From assembly GCF_006345805.1 (NCBI RefSeq), contig NW_021834662.1, positions 1 to 64,000 of the forward strand: DNA of 64,000 nt. The letters run 5' to 3'. The notes beneath the pieces were generated by a model, which had not been told where the DNA came from, did not search any database, and saw nothing but the letters and a program-made list of their open reading frames with translations. Position numbers and translations under genes: made by a program. Below are positions 1 through 11,771 of the stretch, one piece after another; position 1 is the stretch's first letter; the number at the start of each line of letters is the position of its first letter. This DNA comes from Octopus sinensis (taxonomy: Eukaryota).

Positions 1-489
1 GAAGAGGAAAAAAACTAGATTTTTAACACATTCATACATACCCGTATGCAGACACTCTCGTCTCACAGACACACAGACACGCTGCATTCAAATGGCTAAG
101 TGATTTATATGAGAATATATTCCACGCTTCACTGAATCTCCATAAAACAAGTGATAAACTCTTGTAACTAGTGTTTCAGAAATAAAACATAATGGCAGTA
201 ATTGTAGGAATACAAAAATTGAATATCAAAAATTGTAGACGTATTATTATATTATAGTTTAATGTAGAGAGCATATATATTATATATAGATATATATATA
301 TATAATACATACATACATATATATATATACATACATATAACATACGCTATATATATATATATATACATACACCTATATATATATATATACATATAGATAT
401 ACATATATAACATACGCACAGCGTACATACACAAGTACACACAATATATATAAATATATATATGTATGTATATATTATAGATATCTATA

Positions 490-520
<31 letters not shown>

Positions 521-684
521 ATTATATATAATTATATATATGTGTGTGTGTGATGTCGTTTAGATCTGTATATAAACTGGGATAAACTTAGATACGTTTC
601 GGGCAAATATGGGCCCAAGCCATGCCTAACTTTATAGCACCACGTGACATGATCTGTTAAGTCAGTTTAAGTCAATATTTGCGG

Positions 685-985
685 TATCATAGCCCATCCA
701 AGTAGGGAGTTCCTGTTAATTGAGATGTGTCCAAGTAAAGGTGGCTTATCCGGTATCCGTTGAAGAGGTTTGTCCTGACTTGATTCGAAGGCGATGGAAT
801 CTTTTCCTTTGAGTTATTTCGGAATAATGTTAAATACAGTAGAACCTGTTAAGGTGAAGTAATTGTGCTACTGTGTATTTGTGTGTTGTGAGACTGCATT
901 TTGTAAGGGATGTTTGGCACGTGACCCCAGCTTCTTCGCATTGTTTCCATCAGGTTTTTTCTCATATCTTCTCATAGAGCAGAGA
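685..985 (-). mobile_element. Degenerate 3' end of a CR1-group LINE (RT C-terminal region)
   Basis: Minus strand translates GSTVFNIIPK*LKGKDSIAFESSQDKPLQRIPDKP...RNSLLGW, matching GSQLFNILPKNL...DLFLSGVPDEP...SNSLLHQ of the LINE at 43.0-43.2 kb. Confidence 0.55.
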
Positions 986-1002
986 CCTGGTTTCTAAATA
1001 CA

Positions 1003-2164
1003 TCTTACGCAAGAAATGAAGAGGCATGTTGATATTGTAGTAATAAAGGCTGAGTATAGCGATTTAGAAATATCTCGATATTTAAAAGTTGTCAGATCTT
1101 TCGTCTACAAAGTTTGTAAGGAGTTAGAGACTGAAGATGGAAACGTAACACCAGTATCGAAACATTAAAAAGACCATTCTAAATGCTCTGAAATCATCAA
1201 GACACTTGAATTTATCCAGCAAGTTCGAAAGACCATTGATTACAATCCCAGAAAATCCATAAGGTCAATTGCAAAAGATCTCCATATGTCAGAAGGAATA
1301 GTCAGAAATGTTGTCCACGAAGACATCAGATATAAGTCTTAAAGAATGAGAAAAGATCAATTTGTCAGAAACAGTAAAAGAAAATCACTACCTCAGATCT
1401 AAAAGTCTCTTAAACAAACTGAAAAACCCAGCAGAAGAAGATTTGATTTGGTTTTTCTCAAACGAGAAAAACTTCGACCAAGATCAAAAAGTTAACAGAA
1501 GAAATGACAGATGGTTATGCGCAGACCATGTTGAAGTTCCAAGTGTTTATGCATACAAAATTTCCTGCAGCTGTCATAGTTTTAAGAGTTGTCAGCAATG
1601 AAGGACATGTGATGCCTCCTTACTTCTTTCCACAAGACCTTAGAGTTAACTCTGCCGCCTACATTGAGGTCCTGGAAATAATTGTTAAGCCCTGGATAGA
1701 CAGTGTGTGCAATGGAAGGCCATGTGTGTTTCACTAAGACTCTGCACTATCACACATGGCTCTAGTAACACAGCAATGGATGGCTGAACATTTTTATGAT
1801 CACGTAACTCCTAACATTTGATCTCCTAATTCCCTAGATCTTAAACTACTGGACTATTATATGTGGAGCGTAGTTGAGAGAGAGGTGAATGAATACGCCC
1901 ATAACACCAAAGATTCTTTAAAAGCTGCCATAGTTAGAGTAATGTCCAAAATGAAACAGGACCACCTGATTCGAGCATCTAGATGATTTAGATCTCATTT
2001 AGAAGCAGCTGTTGAATCTGAAGGGGGCTTTATTGAATAACATTATAGAAAAGAAGATTTATTTTTATCCTCAAGGTATCTTTTGATAAATAAAATTCTT
2101 ATCTTTTACTATATATGTTTTTTTTATAAACATAAATCTGTCCTCAAATATCTTACACACTCTG
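1003..2164 (+). mobile_element. Tc1/mariner superfamily DD37D (maT-type) transposon, 5'-truncated, transposase pseudogene
   Basis: Broken transposase from ~1016: HTH region, FFSNEK (first D position), GAC at 1738 and GAC at 1852 with 37 residues between; several stops. Right TIR (revcomp CAGAGTGTGTAAGATATTTGAGGACA) ends at 2164, followed by TA; left TIR missing. Confidence 0.88.
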
Positions 2165-2169
2165 TATAT

Positions 2170-2382
2170 ATTCAAAATGTGACCGCATGTGTACCGTTGG
2201 CGATTTTGTTTCCTCCGTCTTCCCTTCCGTGGATCTTTCATTTTCTTATGTTTCTGACGAATAGCTCCGCTCGAAACGTTGAATCCTCCTTCTTTCTTTC
2301 TTTTCCTGAGCGTCCAATAACACTGTACTTGTTCCACGTCCTCACGTTGTTGTGTTTTCTCTTTGTGTTTTTATGTTTGGAT

Positions 2383-2386
<4 letters not shown>
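2170..2386 (+). mobile_element. Solo Penelope-type terminal repeat (~215 bp, family A) carrying a hammerhead motif
   Basis: Near-identical to 10673-10882 with the same start (ATTCAAAATGTGACCGC) and end (TTGGATTAAC), flanked by TA repeats; related to the pLTR after the PLE ORF at 28.3-28.6 kb. Confidence 0.75.
2250..2284 (+). ncRNA. Minimal type I hammerhead ribozyme motif (partly decayed)
   Basis: GUUU-CUGACGA-A-UAGC-ucc-GCUC-GAAA-CG-UU-GAAU; stem II has one mismatch and helix I relies on G.U pairs. Confidence 0.6.
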
Positions 2387-2424
<38 letters not shown>

Positions 2425-3149
2425 GTTATTAATGTTTGTATGTTTGTTTTATGATGTAAGAAAAGCAATTATACCTTAAATTGAAGGATTACTCGAGTAG
2501 CCAAGCCATCATCAGACTGTCCAATGACGGCTGGTCAAAATTTCGAAGCCATTGTCAATAGTATTCTTCTTAAAGAATATTTACATCTTCATACATACAT
2601 GCACACAAACAGACAGAGAGAAATACACATGTATGTATATGTATGTATATATACGTACATATATATATAGACAGAGAGATGAATATAAACATACATAAAT
2701 ATATATGCACACGCATATATATATTCTTATTCTTATTCTTATCCAAGTACAGACACACACACACATGCGCATATATACATGCAGATAAGAATGAATATGT
2801 GCACGCGTGAATGTTTGTCTGTTTATGCCTCTCTCTGACTTTAGATTTGACGCTGTATGTAAAAAAAAAAGGTTATAGCGTTTATGTTCCGTAACTTTGT
2901 GCGATAAATACTATAAATTATAAAGCCATAAATCAGTAAAAAACGTACCAGGCTAACAAAATAAATGAATATGGCAGCCGATATGAGGGATTAAAACGTT
3001 TCTAAGTGATGCTCCAGCGCGGCCGTGGTTTAATGATTGATAAAAAAAAAACGCAGAAACAGGTACAAACTCATACCATTGTTCAGTTGTCACTTGATTG
3101 CCAGACTTGCATTGTTGTGGCCTTCTTTAATAGACTATCAATACATTGT

Positions 3150-3187
3150 ATATATGTATACACATGTATACACCCACGCAAAATATA

Positions 3188-3255
<68 letters not shown>

Positions 3256-3358
3256 TATATATTAAATATATATGCATATATATATATATATATATATGCA
3301 TATGCATATATATATTATATATATATATATATATGCATTATATATATATTGCATATGC

Positions 3359-3431
<73 letters not shown>

Positions 3432-3480
3432 ATTGTATGTGAGTGGAATATCTATATATATATATATATATAAGCTATAT
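3150..3480. repeat. (TA)n microsatellite array, one of many such arrays in the window
   Basis: Direct reading. Confidence 0.95.
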
Positions 3481-4074
3481 ACGCCATTATTTATGGGAAC
3501 GGAAATATATACCTGCGTGCGAAATGAAACACGAAAAAATGTTTATAATTTATACAATATATACATAATACGACTATACGCAATTACAACAGGCGTAGAA
3601 AGCGTTGCACACGTCTGCATACGGGAACTAACAAAGAAATACGTCCACACAATTATACAACAATAACAATATCGATACATATATACATACGTACATACAT
3701 ACATACATATACATACTTATGTATATGTATACATATAAATGTGTGTGTATATATGGATGTACGTTCGTGAGTATAAACCAATATATAACAGTGGAATAAA
3801 TGTTCATATGGATGACGATTCTTATGCAGGTATATTGTCAAATATATTATTGTGTAATGGTGTGCGCGTATTTCTTTGTTATTTCATGCATTGAGACATG
3901 TGTAGGTGTGTCTACGAGTCATAGCTGTGTGAAAGAAGCTGTTATTCATGTCTCTTCAACTAACGGTATCAATGTGTATTTTATTGTTAAAATCTTTACA
4001 AAATGTTCATTATACCGATACTTCTTTTAAAATAATATGTTCGTGTGTGTGTGTATATATATATATATACTCTT

Positions 4075-4390
4075 AAGTTTCAGTTCAAAGCCGTGGCCAT
4101 GGTGGGGCACCACCGTTTTACTACGCTTTTCTTATTGAGAGCCTCCTCTAATATGTGGAATTTGGTGAAGAATGGAGTTTGATGTCGCTTCCCTCATTTG
4201 CACTTCTTGCCGCGAGGTAGGTTCATCTGGAACTCAAGACAGAAGAGATCAAGTTTTGATTTGAAGACACCTACATCCACTTTGTGCAGGTCCCGCAGGC
4301 TCTTTAGGAGAATATTAAAACACTGTGGACCCCTGACATACAAACACACATACACACACACATTGGGAGAAAGCGCTAATACATGATCTA
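4075..4390 (-). mobile_element. 3' fragment of the CR1-group LINE family seen at 40.1-43.3 kb
   Basis: RGPQCFNILLKSLRDLHKVDVGVFKSKLDLF and 3' tail GGTGGTGCCCCACCATGGCCACGGCTTTGAACTGAAAC match 43.0-43.28 kb; contains an internal (CA)n. Confidence 0.85.
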
Positions 4391-4475
4391 AGTTATATGA
4401 TGTATAAAAACATGTAATATACAAATAAATATCTGTAAATATAAAACCATCCGATTTTCTGAGTACCTCACTTCT

Positions 4476-4520
<45 letters not shown>

Positions 4521-4613
4521 TAATGAAAACCAGTGGCTTAGCATATTTCAGAAGATTAAGAATTATAGTACATACAAATTAATTTGTATGTAATATATAT
4601 ATATATCTATAAT

Positions 4614-4923
4614 AATAAATATTAGGGAATAAATCCAAATTTACAGGGAAAAATCAGATTTAGGATTGAATCCAATTTTATAGTAAAATATAATATAATA
4701 TTAATTAGAGACAAAACCACTATTATGCAAATGAAACAAAGAAAGACTTAATCATAGTTCAAAATTACATAGAAGGTCTTGAAACCACCTGATGAATGTC
4801 CATAGAAGTGACAAGAAACGATCGTAGTGGATATCTTAATTATATTTAATTTATATAAAATTTTTTATGTATTGGATTAAGTCTTTCTTTGTTTGATTTG
4901 CATAATAGTGGTTTTGTCTCTAA

Positions 4924-4932
<9 letters not shown>
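4614..4932. mobile_element. Fold-back PLE-derived mini-element (family B) with central hammerhead
   Basis: Inverted arms ~4697-4753 and 4875-4932; same termini as the copy at 9951-10299; TA-repeat flanks. Confidence 0.75.
4785..4830 (+). ncRNA. Type I hammerhead ribozyme motif
   Basis: CCAC-CUGAUGA-A-UGUC-cauagaagu-GACA-A-GAAA-CGAUCG-UA-GUGG; palindromic stem III; GUA cleavage triplet. Confidence 0.75.
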
Positions 4933-4968
<36 letters not shown>

Positions 4969-5457
4969 GACAGAGAGAGAGAGGTGTACATGTGAGAAAT
5001 AAAATGAAATTTACGAGACTCCTATTATTTACTATGGCTTATCGACCTATCCTGCATTCGTCCCACCCGCTTGAGATGCTGTGCTAACACTTATAGGGCT
5101 GTGTAGGTGCGCTTATGTCTCCTCAGGTGACTTGTCGAAAAGTATTTCGTTTTTGAATATCTGCTTCGCTTATTTCTATTACAATACATTTTGCAGTTGT
5201 AGTGTGCTACTCGCCCAAACGACGAACTGGGTTATATTGCAGAATTCTGCTCATATAAGCAATAAGGTGATTTTCAAGAAATTAAGAAATTAGAAAGTAT
5301 AAATTGAAAAAAGAAAGTTGTATGAAATAATAAGTTATACACTGAGAATGAAATGCCATAAAACAGCCATGCAATTGGGATAGAACAATTGGGATTGACC
5401 GAAGCTGACATTTTCACGAAATAATTTAGCGTATACACACACACATACACATACACG

Positions 5458-5511
<54 letters not shown>

Positions 5512-5844
5512 TAGTTAATGATTGTAGTGAATAATAAAGGATTTCGTAAATTTCATTGTCTTTCTCTTACCTGCATACTGATGATAACATCAGGTAGCCG
5601 AATACTGTAAACGGACTTTAAACAGCAAACTACAAGGTGGGCACTCAAATATAAAATATATACACATATCCAAATTTGTATAATTGCGTATAGAAGAATA
5701 TATCAATCAATGAAATTCCAACTTTCTAATACTTTCATGCGTTAGGCAATCATCAGGTTTATTTCAATACTGTAAAATTGTAATAATTGTAAAAATAAAC
5801 GTGAAAATCAGTTCCAGTTGGAATTTGATTGATTAATATATACA

Positions 5845-5890
<46 letters not shown>

Positions 5891-5959
5891 TATATATATA
5901 TATATATAATTTATAATATATATATATATATATATAGATATATATATATAGATATACAA

Positions 5960-6698
5960 ATACGTAATTAATAAAATATGTCTTTTTAGGACAACGTATT
6001 GGGTATCATTAGTTAAGTGTTCAACTTATCCAAAATCTTAAAAAAGATGTTTAAGGATTGAACAGAACCGTACTCCCTCTTGTTGTCTCCAGCTTATTCA
6101 ATTATTCAACTTTTAGGGATAGAAATAAACGGAATAGTACCGGTCTCAGCAAACTGATTTGGGATTTAAAAGACCACAATGAACAATTTCATTTAGAATG
6201 GTTGATCCTCTCAATTTCGATACCATATGACAAAGGCAAGAAATTCTGTCTTCTCTGCAATTCTGAGCTATTTTTCATTATTTTTTCTAAAAATACTCTA
6301 GTAAACACGGTTATAGAACGAGCATACAGATGTAAGCATTGGCAGAAACATACATTTAGTGCATATAAGTAGTCTCTATCATTATATATAGTTTAAACTT
6401 TAATTTACTTTATATTTAACATTCACTATTAATATCCTTACTCTTTCTGTTAGCTATTTATGACGTTATATCATATAACGTTTTTTTAAACAATATTAAT
6501 AGAGTTCTGTCTATCGCTATACAAATCCATCATTTTTTGCTAAAATGTCGTATTGACGAGTTTCGTTTTTTTCACTTTCCCGAAGAGAAGATTGCATTGT
6601 TTATACCATTTATTCTTTTGAATAGTATCAGTGGAATTTTCGAAACATGTGTCGAAAGTAAAAATACTTGATTAAACCTGCGTTAACTCCATTTTTTA

Positions 6699-6701
<3 letters not shown>
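5960..6701 (+). mobile_element. Penelope-like element 3' portion: GIY-YIG C-terminal region, 3' UTR and pLTR
   Basis: ORF 6058-6372 STGLSKLIWDLK...WLIL...PYDKGKKFCLLCNSE...CKH matches the PLE endonuclease C-terminus; followed by a hammerhead and the tail AACTCCATTTTTTATT then (TA)n. Confidence 0.8.
6575..6658 (+). ncRNA. Type I hammerhead motif with extended stem II (U4C core variant)
   Basis: CUUUC-CCGAAGA-GAAGAUU..(55-nt hairpin in total)..AAUUUUC-GAAA-CAUGUG-UC-GAAAG; 5-bp helix I; GUC triplet. Confidence 0.78.
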
Positions 6702-6740
<39 letters not shown>

Positions 6741-6781
6741 AATGCATACACACACACACACACACATATATATATATTAAC

Positions 6782-7032
6782 GTATAAGAGAAAATGGAAG
6801 GGTTATCTCTGGAATAGACACAATAAAAGATATATTTATATAGAGAATTGTAATACTATATTAATGATTGAATAATAATGAACAGTAGGGAATATGAAGA
6901 TATTTAAAATTATCATCTTCATATTCTCTACTGTACATCATTATTTAATCATTAACTTAATATTACAATTCTATATATTAATATATCTTTTATTGTTATT
7001 GTTCCGTATATAACCATTCCTCCTTCTTATAC
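6782..7032. repeat. Diverged fold-back palindrome (~120-bp arms), PLE-tail derived or MITE-like
   Basis: Left arm 6782-6900 is the imperfect reverse complement of 6914-7032; ends carry the CCATT(TT/CC)..CTTATAC tail motif; TA flanks. Confidence 0.7.
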
Positions 7033-7046
7033 TTTAATATATATAT

Positions 7047-7504
7047 ATTGAATAAGTTGGAGTCAACAAGAGGGAGTATGGTTGAGCATTCATTTGCAAT
7101 TACTACAATTGTTTCTCCGCAACGTAGTTCTCCAAGCTTGCAGGTATTTGGTTATGTAAAAGTTTGTCTGCATTATGAAATCTAGTTGAGTTCCTTCAAG
7201 CGATCTATAAAAGCAGTTCGCCACCGAACCTTCACCCGCAACGCATCTCTTGATACGCTCAATGACTACTACTAACTCCAAGCCGCGACAGACACACAGG
7301 ATGCTCTTGAAGGCCGAGAATTTGAATTTACGGAGACAATATTTACACATGGCCTGAAGAAACAACTAGATCTCATAATGCAAGGAAACGTTTACATAAC
7401 CAAGTACCTGCAAGCCTGGAGAACTACGTTGCGTAGAAACAATTGTAGTGATTGCAAATAAATGTTCGACCGCACTCCTTTTTGTTGACTCCAACTTATT
7501 CAAT
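7047..7504 (+). mobile_element. 5'-truncated PLE with inverted pLTR (arms 7047-7189 / 7363-7504) and decayed hammerhead
   Basis: Inverted repeats; spacer translates ...GREFEFTETIFTHGLK, like the PLE ORF end (..GLN); arms contain GAAA-CAAUUG-UA but the 5' core is mutated (CUGCAAG). Confidence 0.65.
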
Positions 7505-7675
7505 TAAATATTTACAAACTACACGAGCCCAAACGCAAATCTGGAAGTACGTATACTACTACTACTGGATAGCACCGGGTGAAATTAGAAGACATTTCTA
7601 CTGTAATCTACTACGTTCTTAACAGGATAAAACATAACTGTATATATATATATATGTATATATATGTGTGTGTGT

Positions 7676-8090
7676 ACTCTTTTATTCTTTTATTCTTGTA
7701 ATTGTTTCAGTCATTTGACTGCGGCCATGCAGGAGCGCCATTTTCAGTTGATAAAATCGACCCCAGAACTTTTCCCTTGTAAACCTAGTACTTATTCTGT
7801 CGGTCTCCTTTTCCCGAACCGCTAGTTTACGGAGACGTAAACACGCTAACATCGGTTGTCAAGCGGTGATAGAGAGACAAACGCAGACACACAAATACAT
7901 ACATAGATACATACACACACACACACACACATACACACACACAAACACTCACACACGCACATATATATATATATACGACGAGCTTCTTTCAGTTTCCGTC
8001 TACCAAATCGATTCACAAGGCTTGCCCAAGGTACCACGCAATGGGATTGAACCCGGAACCATGTGCTTGGGAAGCAAGTTTCGTATCACA
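7676..8090 (-). mobile_element. tRNA-derived SINE family B (internal microsatellite, GAAACAAGTAAAAGA tail)
   Basis: Homology to the full copy at 15001-15451. Confidence 0.88.
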
Positions 8091-8108
8091 TACAATATAT
8101 GTATATAT

Positions 8109-8145
<37 letters not shown>

Positions 8146-8160
8146 GAGTGTGTGTCTACT

Positions 8161-8372
8161 TATGTCTTTGTTTGTCCCCCACCACCGCTTGACAACCGGT
8201 GTTGATGTGTTTATGTTCCCTGTTCTATAGCGTTCCGGCTAAAAAAGACCGACAGTACCAGGCTTTATAAAATAATTTTAAACCCTGGGGTCGATTCGTT
8301 CGACGAAATTTCTTCAAGGCGGTGCCCCAGCGTGGCCGCAGTCTAATGACGGAAACACGTGAAAAGAAAGGT
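8161..8372 (+). mobile_element. SINE family B, 3' half
   Basis: TTTGTCCCCCACCACCGCTTGACAACC...GGCGGTGCCCCAGCGTGGCCGCAGTC tail. Confidence 0.85.
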
Positions 8373-8555
8373 AAAGCATAAAAGGTTCACGTCTAAGTAT
8401 AAGATGATTTTTCTCATGCAGGTACCTGCGCACCTGGACAAATTGTCTGGAGGTCGTTGTCCGACCGTCAAAAGAGACAATAATAATGCTTTGTTATTGT
8501 TGTTGTTGGAAATACACATACATACTAGCTCTCTCTCTCTCTCCCCCTCTCTCTT

Positions 8556-8586
<31 letters not shown>

Positions 8587-9149
8587 TATGTACGCAAATG
8601 TGTTAATGTTCTATTTTGTTGTAGTTGCAATGTTTTGAGGACTTTTATTGCGAAAGAGAAATTGGCGATTGTCTATGTCATGTATGAAATAGTGGAAAAG
8701 TTATGCGTGCGCATGTACACGGGGTTGTGTGTGTGTGTGCGTCTGTGTGTGTATTGTTGTGGCTGTTTATACACAAAATCATACAAAAGTTGAGAAGTAT
8801 ATTTGTGTGTGTGTGTGTGTGTGTGTGCTTGTATGTGCCTGTGTTCCTGTGTATGTGCGTGTGTATGCGTGTGTCGAACTGCACACATACATATACACAC
8901 ATATATAAAGCTACATACATATAGATATATAAGCATGCGGGTGCACTTATAGAGTACAAAGGACATGTATAGACTAGTTTCCGTACATCCTATGGGTCAA
9001 TGCGTACACGGCACCAAAGCAGACTGTTTTCTATTCACCCTGTCTACAACATGTCGACCTCACTCGGCCCATTTCTTCACCAAGTTTTCATAGAACGACG
9101 ACATAACTACGAAGCCACAATGTGACCCCTAGACGTGTATAACAGTTAA

Positions 9150-9305
9150 GTACTTGCGTGGCAGTTAAGTACTCTTCAAATCTCAGCGTTTTACTATAAT
9201 CTCGGGCCAAACAAATTTCATAAATTTCATTCAGCTAAAAAAAAATTCTTCAGGCGGTGCCCCAGCATGGCCACACTCGAATGATTGAAACGAGTACAAG
9301 ATAAC
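9150..9305 (+). mobile_element. SINE family B degenerate 3' fragment
   Basis: GGCGGTGCCCCAGCATGGCCAC...GAAAC tail. Confidence 0.6.
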
Positions 9306-9950
9306 AGGTTTATTCAGTGATTATGGCTAAATGAAGATCTGACCTCAATCGACTTGAATGTCGAAAATATTTTCTTTTATCAGAATCAGAAAGACATGTC
9401 CCAGAAAGTAATCTTTGGGATTAATATTTGACTGTAAAACAGAAGACAATATATTCTTGATTTAATATTTAGGGTTTTTACTGGAAATATCAAATCGATG
9501 TTGACAGAAATTGTTCAATGAATCCTACGTTTTGACCTAAAATTCACGAGAATTTCCGTTAGTTTTAGTATCGAATTTCACATGAAAAAAATATTTTGTC
9601 AGTCACACGCTACTGGAGACGTAGAATAGCTATGTGGTTAACCCATTAAGTCTCAGAGTACTTAAATTTTTGAATATTACTTTAAAAGTTTTACAAATGA
9701 TTGAACACAGGTTAAAATGGGAAAAAATAATTATTAAAACTCCGTTTACTTTAAGTAGAAAGGGAAATACTCGGTAGCCTATAATCTGATGATACGCCGT
9801 AAAGCTAAGCAGTTTATGGATCTGAAAACCAGGCTAATCCCATAAACCGGTTCTATCTAACTTTCTATAATATACTGCTCTATAACATAGTGTGCTTCTT
9901 TTTCGGATTTACGTCTTACCGACGATATATATATATATATATATATATAT

Positions 9951-10290
9951 AATAAATATTAGGGATAAATCCAAATTTACAGGAAAAATCAGATTAGGAT
10001 TGAATCCAATTTTATAGTAAAATATTACATAATATTAATTAGAGACAAAACCACTATTATGCAAATCAACAAAGAAAGACTTAATCCAATACATAAAAAT
10101 TTTATAATAAATTAAATAAAATAAATTAGCCACTACAATTGTTTCGTGTCTCTTCTAAGGACATTCATCAGGTGGTTTTCAGATCTTCTATTCAATTTTA
10201 AGTTATGAAGTTTATTTAATTTATATAAATTTTTTATGTATTGGATTAAGTCTTCTTTGTTGATTTGCATAATAGTGGTTTTGTCTCTAA

Positions 10291-10299
<9 letters not shown>
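9951..10299. mobile_element. Fold-back PLE-derived mini-element (family B), second copy
   Basis: Same termini as 4614-4932, but the central hammerhead is on the opposite strand. Confidence 0.75.
10130..10175 (-). ncRNA. Type I hammerhead ribozyme motif
   Basis: Revcomp CCAC-CUGAUGA-A-UGUC-cuuagaaga-GACA-C-GAAA-CAAUUG-UA-GUGG. Confidence 0.78.
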
Positions 10300-10334
<35 letters not shown>

Positions 10335-10672
10335 TACATATACATATATAATATATATATATATATATATAGTATATATATATGTGTGTGGTATGTATGT
10401 ATGTTGTATGTATGTATGTATGTATGTATGTATGTATGTATGTATAAATTATGAGTTAGAAGATAAATGGTGTATTGCCTATGTATATGCGTTGCTATAT
10501 TATAACGATGTTTGTTATACGGAACGTGATAAATGCAAATTTACCTATAAAATAACGAACTGAAACAGCTGTAAATGTTGTTTTCACTACAATTAAGCTA
10601 TGGCCATTTAATACTAAACTTCTAATTATGAACTGTTGTTCCATTTCTTCTCTTACCTGTGTATATATATAT

Positions 10673-10882
10673 ATTCAAAATGTGACCGCGTGTGTACCGT
10701 TGGCGATTTTTTTCCTCTGTCTTCCCTTCTCTGGATCTTTCCTTCACCTATGTTTCCGACGAAGAGCTCCGCTCGAAACGTTAAACCCTCCTTCTTTCCT
10801 TCCTTCCTGAGCCTCCAAAATACATATATTTGTCCACGTCCTCGCGTTGTTGTGTTTTTTGTGCTTTCTTATTTGGATTAAC
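10673..10882 (+). mobile_element. Solo Penelope-type terminal repeat, family A
   Basis: Copy of 2170-2386 between (TA)n tracts. Confidence 0.75.
10752..10786 (+). ncRNA. Minimal type I hammerhead motif (U4C variant)
   Basis: GUUU-CCGACGA-A-GAGC-ucc-GCUC-GAAA-CG-UU-AAAC. Confidence 0.7.
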
Positions 10883-10884
10883 TT

Positions 10885-10965
<81 letters not shown>

Positions 10966-11110
10966 CACATGATCACGTGACCGACCAGACCATCAGATGT
11001 TGTTACACATCGCTGGTCACAATGCGTTCGCATTGTTTTAGCCTTCGAATGACGCCACCCCGCTGGCTAAGCGAGCAGGCCAATATATATATATATATAC
11101 ATATATATAC

Positions 11111-11144
<34 letters not shown>

Positions 11145-11771
11145 TTCCATATATGCATATATATATATTTGCATATATGCATATATATATATGTATGTGT
11201 ATACATTTATATCAATATGTATATATACATGTACCTATATATATATATATATATGTTCATACATACACACGTAAGCACACACGTATCGTATATAGTCACA
11301 TATTAACACTATGCGCACATTCATCATGTATTTAATCTGTTGTGTTGGGCAAATATACTCATATCGCCAGATATGTTTACAGATCAATTAAAGTGTTAGG
11401 TTAAGTAATGAATAAGGCGGAAGTGAAGAGGCTTTTTGAAAGGAGCGAGTTGTGGTCGTATGGTAACAGTTAACTGGCGTGTGGAGAAGTGTTAGTTTGG
11501 GGTGGTTATATTTCTGTAGGGTGACGGTTAGGGTAGTAGTCGGGTGGATTATTCTTAATAGCTGTTTAATGTTGTTTCCATTGCCAGCATTCCTCCTTTA
11601 CACTCTTGCAAGCGGAGCTAGTGTGGAGGCTTCTACGCAGTCACTTGAACCGTATAAAATAACAGCCAAACCTCCCACAAATTACAATCTGCCATGAAAT
11701 AAAAACAAAAAAAAAAGAAGAAAATAACCAATAGGAAAAGAATGACTGTGTTACATCAACTCGTTACGTTT

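Noticed and set aside
685-1010. Functional link between CR1-group fragments and maT copies (adjacent at ~1.0 kb and ~50.0-50.3 kb)
   Set aside because: Different relative orientations and spacing at the two sites; coincidence is likely given repeat density
3792-3829. Possible micro-exon (AG|...GINVHMDDDSYA|GT)
   Set aside because: Weak polypyrimidine tract, no recognisable protein and no partner exons; needs RNA-seq
5579-5615. CTGATGA motifs at 5579, 5750(-), 9786 and 21888
   Set aside because: No consistent stem II + GAAA + stem III + helix I could be built; 21888 lies in R4/Dong coding remnant
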